Part shown: positions 61,193 to 64,000 of the stretch, one piece after another
Numbering within the stretch: the first letter of the stretch is position 1
Layout: each line of letters begins with the position of its first letter
Source: a virus
IMG/VR virus record: IMGVR_UViG_3300027708_000051
Location: 13,961-77,960 of that record
DNA: 64,000 nt
Direction: 5' to 3' (one strand)
The notes under the pieces: model-generated
Databases searched by the model: none
What the model saw: the letters and a program-made list of their open reading frames with translations, nothing else
Told to the model about the DNA's origin: nothing
Position numbers and translations under genes: made by a program

Positions 61193-62587
61193 ATGAAGAT
61201 TACAAAAGTATTATCGAACTTAATTACTGAAGACGCTCGTTTTCAAATATTATACAAGAAATATGTTTTACCTAGTGGTGACAGAAAAAAAGGTATTTTA
61301 CCATTTGAGGTTGTTAAGCAAATAGTGTTTGCTGACCCTACAACAAGAGTTCCTGAGAATTATGACAAAGATGCGGCGTCTGTTCAAGATATGACAAGTG
61401 ACAAAGTTAAAGTTGGTAAATACACTCAATGGTTATTGAATCTATTTGTTAAACCATATTTAACTCGTGAAGGTTCTAATGAACCAATTGAGGTTGGTAG
61501 TGATGAATATAAATCAAAAGCTAATGAATACAGACGACTTTTCTTAGAAGATTTATCTCAATTCACTGAGTTATTGGTGAAATATGATAGATTTAAAGGT
61601 AGTTTAGAAGATGCTGCTAAGAAAGATATTAATAATGTTAAATCATTAGGTGATTTATCACACTTAAAAGTTAAAGTTGGTGATGGTGAAACTGTTGATT
61701 TAAATATGTATCGTGGTAAAAAAGTTAAGAAAGAGGTGGGTGCTGCGTCTAACACAAACTTTAATATTCCTGGCGCTGAAATCTTAAAAGTTGGTTCTGA
61801 ATACACATTAATTAAAATTGCGGATAAAGGAGCTTTAGGTTCTAAAGCGGCTTCGTATTTTGGAGGTTATAATGGAGGTCTTGATAGAGGTGAAACTAAC
61901 TGGTGTACAGCGGCTGAAGGTTCTAGTTATTCAAATACTTACAGACAACAAGGTCCATTATATATCTTTATTGCTAATGATGATAAAGGTAAAGTGGGGG
62001 AAGTTACGGGGTTACCGTCTGAAAGATATCAATTTCACTTCCCATCTAACCAATTTAAATTTGCTAACCAACACGGGGGTAATATTCCGGTTGTTGAATA
62101 TTTGAATGGAAAATGGTCTGAGTTTAAAGAAATATTTAAACCTGAATTTGCAGCAGGATTTGTTAAACCAAATTCAGATAATGTTGAGATTAAATATCCG
62201 GACTCTGCAACAGGTAAGTTTGTGGCATTATATGGTTTTGAAGAATTATTCAACTCACTACCAACAACAATCAAAAGGTTAAACATTATTAACACTTCAA
62301 ATGAAACTGTTAATATTGATGTTCCTGAAACAATCAGTAGATTCCAATCGCTAACAGCAATATTGTTTGAGAATATGATTAGTCAACTTCCAAACTCAAT
62401 CTGTGAATTAAAGAACTTAGTGTTCTTGGCTTGTCCAAACAACAAAGAATTACAAACAATCCCTGACTGTATTGTAAACTTACCAAACCTTACATTTGTG
62501 AATGTAAGTAGATGTCCGAATGTTCAAGTGCCAAAAGCATTAGAACAATACAATACGGGTGAAGGTTTCTACCATATGGAAGAATAA
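61193..62587 (+). CDS. WCT-motif protein with C-terminal LRRs
   Basis: GKYTQWL, TNWCTAA..Y..QGPLYI, YQFHF; LPNSICELKNLVFL / IPDCIVNLPNLTFV. Confidence 0.65.
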   Translation: MKITKVLSNLITEDARFQILYKKYVLPSGDRKKGILPFEVVKQIVFADPTTRVPENYDKDAASVQDMTSDKVKVGKYTQWLLNLFVKPYLTREGSNEPIEVGSDEYKSKANEYRRLFLEDLSQFTELLVKYDRFKGSLEDAAKKDINNVKSLGDLSHLKVKVGDGETVDLNMYRGKKVKKEVGAASNTNFNIPGAEILKVGSEYTLIKIADKGALGSKAASYFGGYNGGLDRGETNWCTAAEGSSYSNTYRQQGPLYIFIANDDKGKVGEVTGLPSERYQFHFPSNQFKFANQHGGNIPVVEYLNGKWSEFKEIFKPEFAAGFVKPNSDNVEIKYPDSATGKFVALYGFEELFNSLPTTIKRLNIINTSNETVNIDVPETISRFQSLTAILFENMISQLPNSICELKNLVFLACPNNKELQTIPDCIVNLPNLTFVNVSRCPNVQVPKALEQYNTGEGFYHMEE

Positions 62588-62604
62588 TTTAAAAAAAAAC
62601 TATT

Positions 62605-62895
62605 ATGAAAAATGTTGACGTTGAAATCTACATTAATCAATTTATAACTTTCTTTAATAACAACCCCAATGACTTAATTCAGTTAATTGGGGATGTTTTA
62701 AAGGATGACTTCTACGACAGAGTAAAACAACAATCATTAGATAATATTGAGAATGGTGAGGATGTTTCCTTAACCCAAAAACAAATTATATCTATCGTTG
62801 TGGCTCTTAAACAATCTCAGAACAATGAGGTTGATATGGATAAGATTAAGTCCATAATTTATCACACACAATTTGCTCATTTTTCCCTTAATTAA
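62605..62895 (+). CDS. Hypothetical protein
   Basis: 96 aa. Confidence 0.55.
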   Translation: MKNVDVEIYINQFITFFNNNPNDLIQLIGDVLKDDFYDRVKQQSLDNIENGEDVSLTQKQIISIVVALKQSQNNEVDMDKIKSIIYHTQFAHFSLN

Positions 62896-62927
62896 TTTGT
62901 ATATTCAAATTTAATATCTTACTTTTG
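62896..62927 (+). promoter_or_regulatory. Bacteroidota-type promoter
   Basis: TTTG-N20-TACTTTTG. Confidence 0.65.
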
Positions 62928-62945
62928 TGGTTCAAAATAAACCTG

Positions 62946-64000
62946 ATGAAAGAAGAATTATTTAACTATACCGCAAAGAAGTATCAAGTATGGGAATACT
63001 TGGATACTAATCCTATTCGTCCTCTTAAAAAAGAAGTTGAGGACGAGTTTGATTGGGGGACGATTGAAACTAGTTTAAGTTCAGGAAGACATACAAGTTA
63101 TACGCCTTGGGGTGACTATACTGTTAATGCGAATTACAATACAGAAGAAAAATTTGTAGAACATTACGGGAACCCACTTGCTCACTTATATTTGACTAGG
63201 GTGATTATCTGTGTGACTAAAGAGAATGATAAAGTTTCCTTCAAGGTATTCAATTATAGTAAAACAAGACGTGTTGCGGGTAAATGGTTTAAATTAAGAA
63301 CTAATTGTAAGTTCATCACATTCAACTATAAAACAAATGCGTTATATACCGGTTCATTAGATAATTACCATTTGAAGAGAAAATGTCGTAAAAATATTAG
63401 AAGAGTCCTTTTTAATAATGACCCTATCAATAATATGAGACGATACTTGAGAGAGTCATTCAACTCAATAGTTGATAAAGATAAAGTTGATATCCCAACA
63501 ATAGTTAATCAGGTAATCTCAACCTTTGTAAATGCCATTCCCGGCACTGAACTATATGCTGACTTACTTCCTGAACAAAGAATCTACAAAAGATATTTGG
63601 ATGCTCAAGGAACCAAAGTTCCAAACAATTGGTTTGAACTTATGAATACCTATCCCCAACCAAAGAAAAAAGATTTGGTGAAGTGTGGGTATAAGTATAT
63701 TGATGCTTTAATGAGAGTTCATAACTTAAAGGGGGATAAGGTTAAGAGAGTATTACATAACGTTAAATCATTTGAGGGTGTAAATAATTTCAAAAATGCT
63801 TGTAACATTTTTGGTGAAAAATTTATATTAAATCAACCTGATGATTTTATTCAATTATTATTGGAACATAATAGACAAATTGTATTCCATAATAACATTG
63901 GAAAAGGGTTGTTAACAAAAAAGGAGTTCTCCAATTTCTTTGAGATATATAAATTATTTCAAAAAGGATTGGTTAACAGTAATGTGATTGAAGACCACTT
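62946..64000 (+). CDS. Hypothetical protein, 3' truncated by window (not in ORF track)
   Basis: Open frame MKEELFNYTAKKYQVWEYLD... read by eye to the window end without a stop. Confidence 0.65.
   Translation, partial: MKEELFNYTAKKYQVWEYLDTNPIRPLKKEVEDEFDWGTIETSLSSGRHTSYTPWGDYTVNANYNTEEKFVEHYGNPLAHLYLTRVIICVTKENDKVSFKVFNYSKTRRVAGKWFKLRTNCKFITFNYKTNALYTGSLDNYHLKRKCRKNIRRVLFNNDPINNMRRYLRESFNSIVDKDKVDIPTIVNQVISTFVNAIPGTELYADLLPEQRIYKRYLDAQGTKVPNNWFELMNTYPQPKKKDLVKCGYKYIDALMRVHNLKGDKVKRVLHNVKSFEGVNNFKNACNIFGEKFILNQPDDFIQLLLEHNRQIVFHNNIGKGLLTKKEFSNFFEIYKLFQKGLVNSNVIEDH

Noticed and set aside
284-62295. Short antisense or alternate-frame ORFs in the track (e.g. 284..517, 17385..17678, 32362..32691, 48600..48971, 59060..59431)
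   Set aside because: Shadows of longer well-supported genes with no motifs or expression signals.
1-64000. Stop-codon reassignment, tRNAs, introns or inteins
   Set aside because: Genes are intact and densely packed under the standard code; nrdA/nrdB are normal length; no cloverleaf noticed in the short intergenic gaps.

Overview
AT-rich fragment of a large (jumbo/huge) contractile-tailed dsDNA phage, most likely infecting Bacteroidota. Host evidence: five TTTG-N19/20-TAnnTTTG promoters, a Bacteroidota-type primary-sigma paralog, an Hc1 histone-like protein and SprB-like repeats. Layout: helicase end and nrdB/nrdA (1-3.9 kb); + strand baseplate/tail operon (4.0-24.0 kb); an oppositely oriented block of fibre/adhesin genes ending in RuvC (24.1-39.7 kb); replication/recombination genes (primase, PD-(D/E)XK nuclease, separated Mre11/SbcD and Rad50/SbcC, two HNH endonucleases); sigma factor; lysis-like and probable head-internal genes; Hc1, DnaJ, an adenine MTase and an LRR protein. 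No tRNA, rRNA, CRISPR or integrase was seen. Best leads: (1) exact in-frame 26-nt repeats shared between Pro/Thr hinges of oppositely oriented fibre genes, a possible tip-swapping system with no dedicated recombinase in the window; (2) a sense-strand TATTTAT(A) motif, a probable late promoter, often 3-4 nt before the ATG and sometimes inside hairpins; (3) head polyprotein-like ORFs punctuated by putative protease sites; (4) a CCGG-rich, CCAG/CTGG-poor, GATC-poor signature that marks recently acquired modules; (5) a split Mre11-Rad50. All calls are by eye from motifs; no searches were run.
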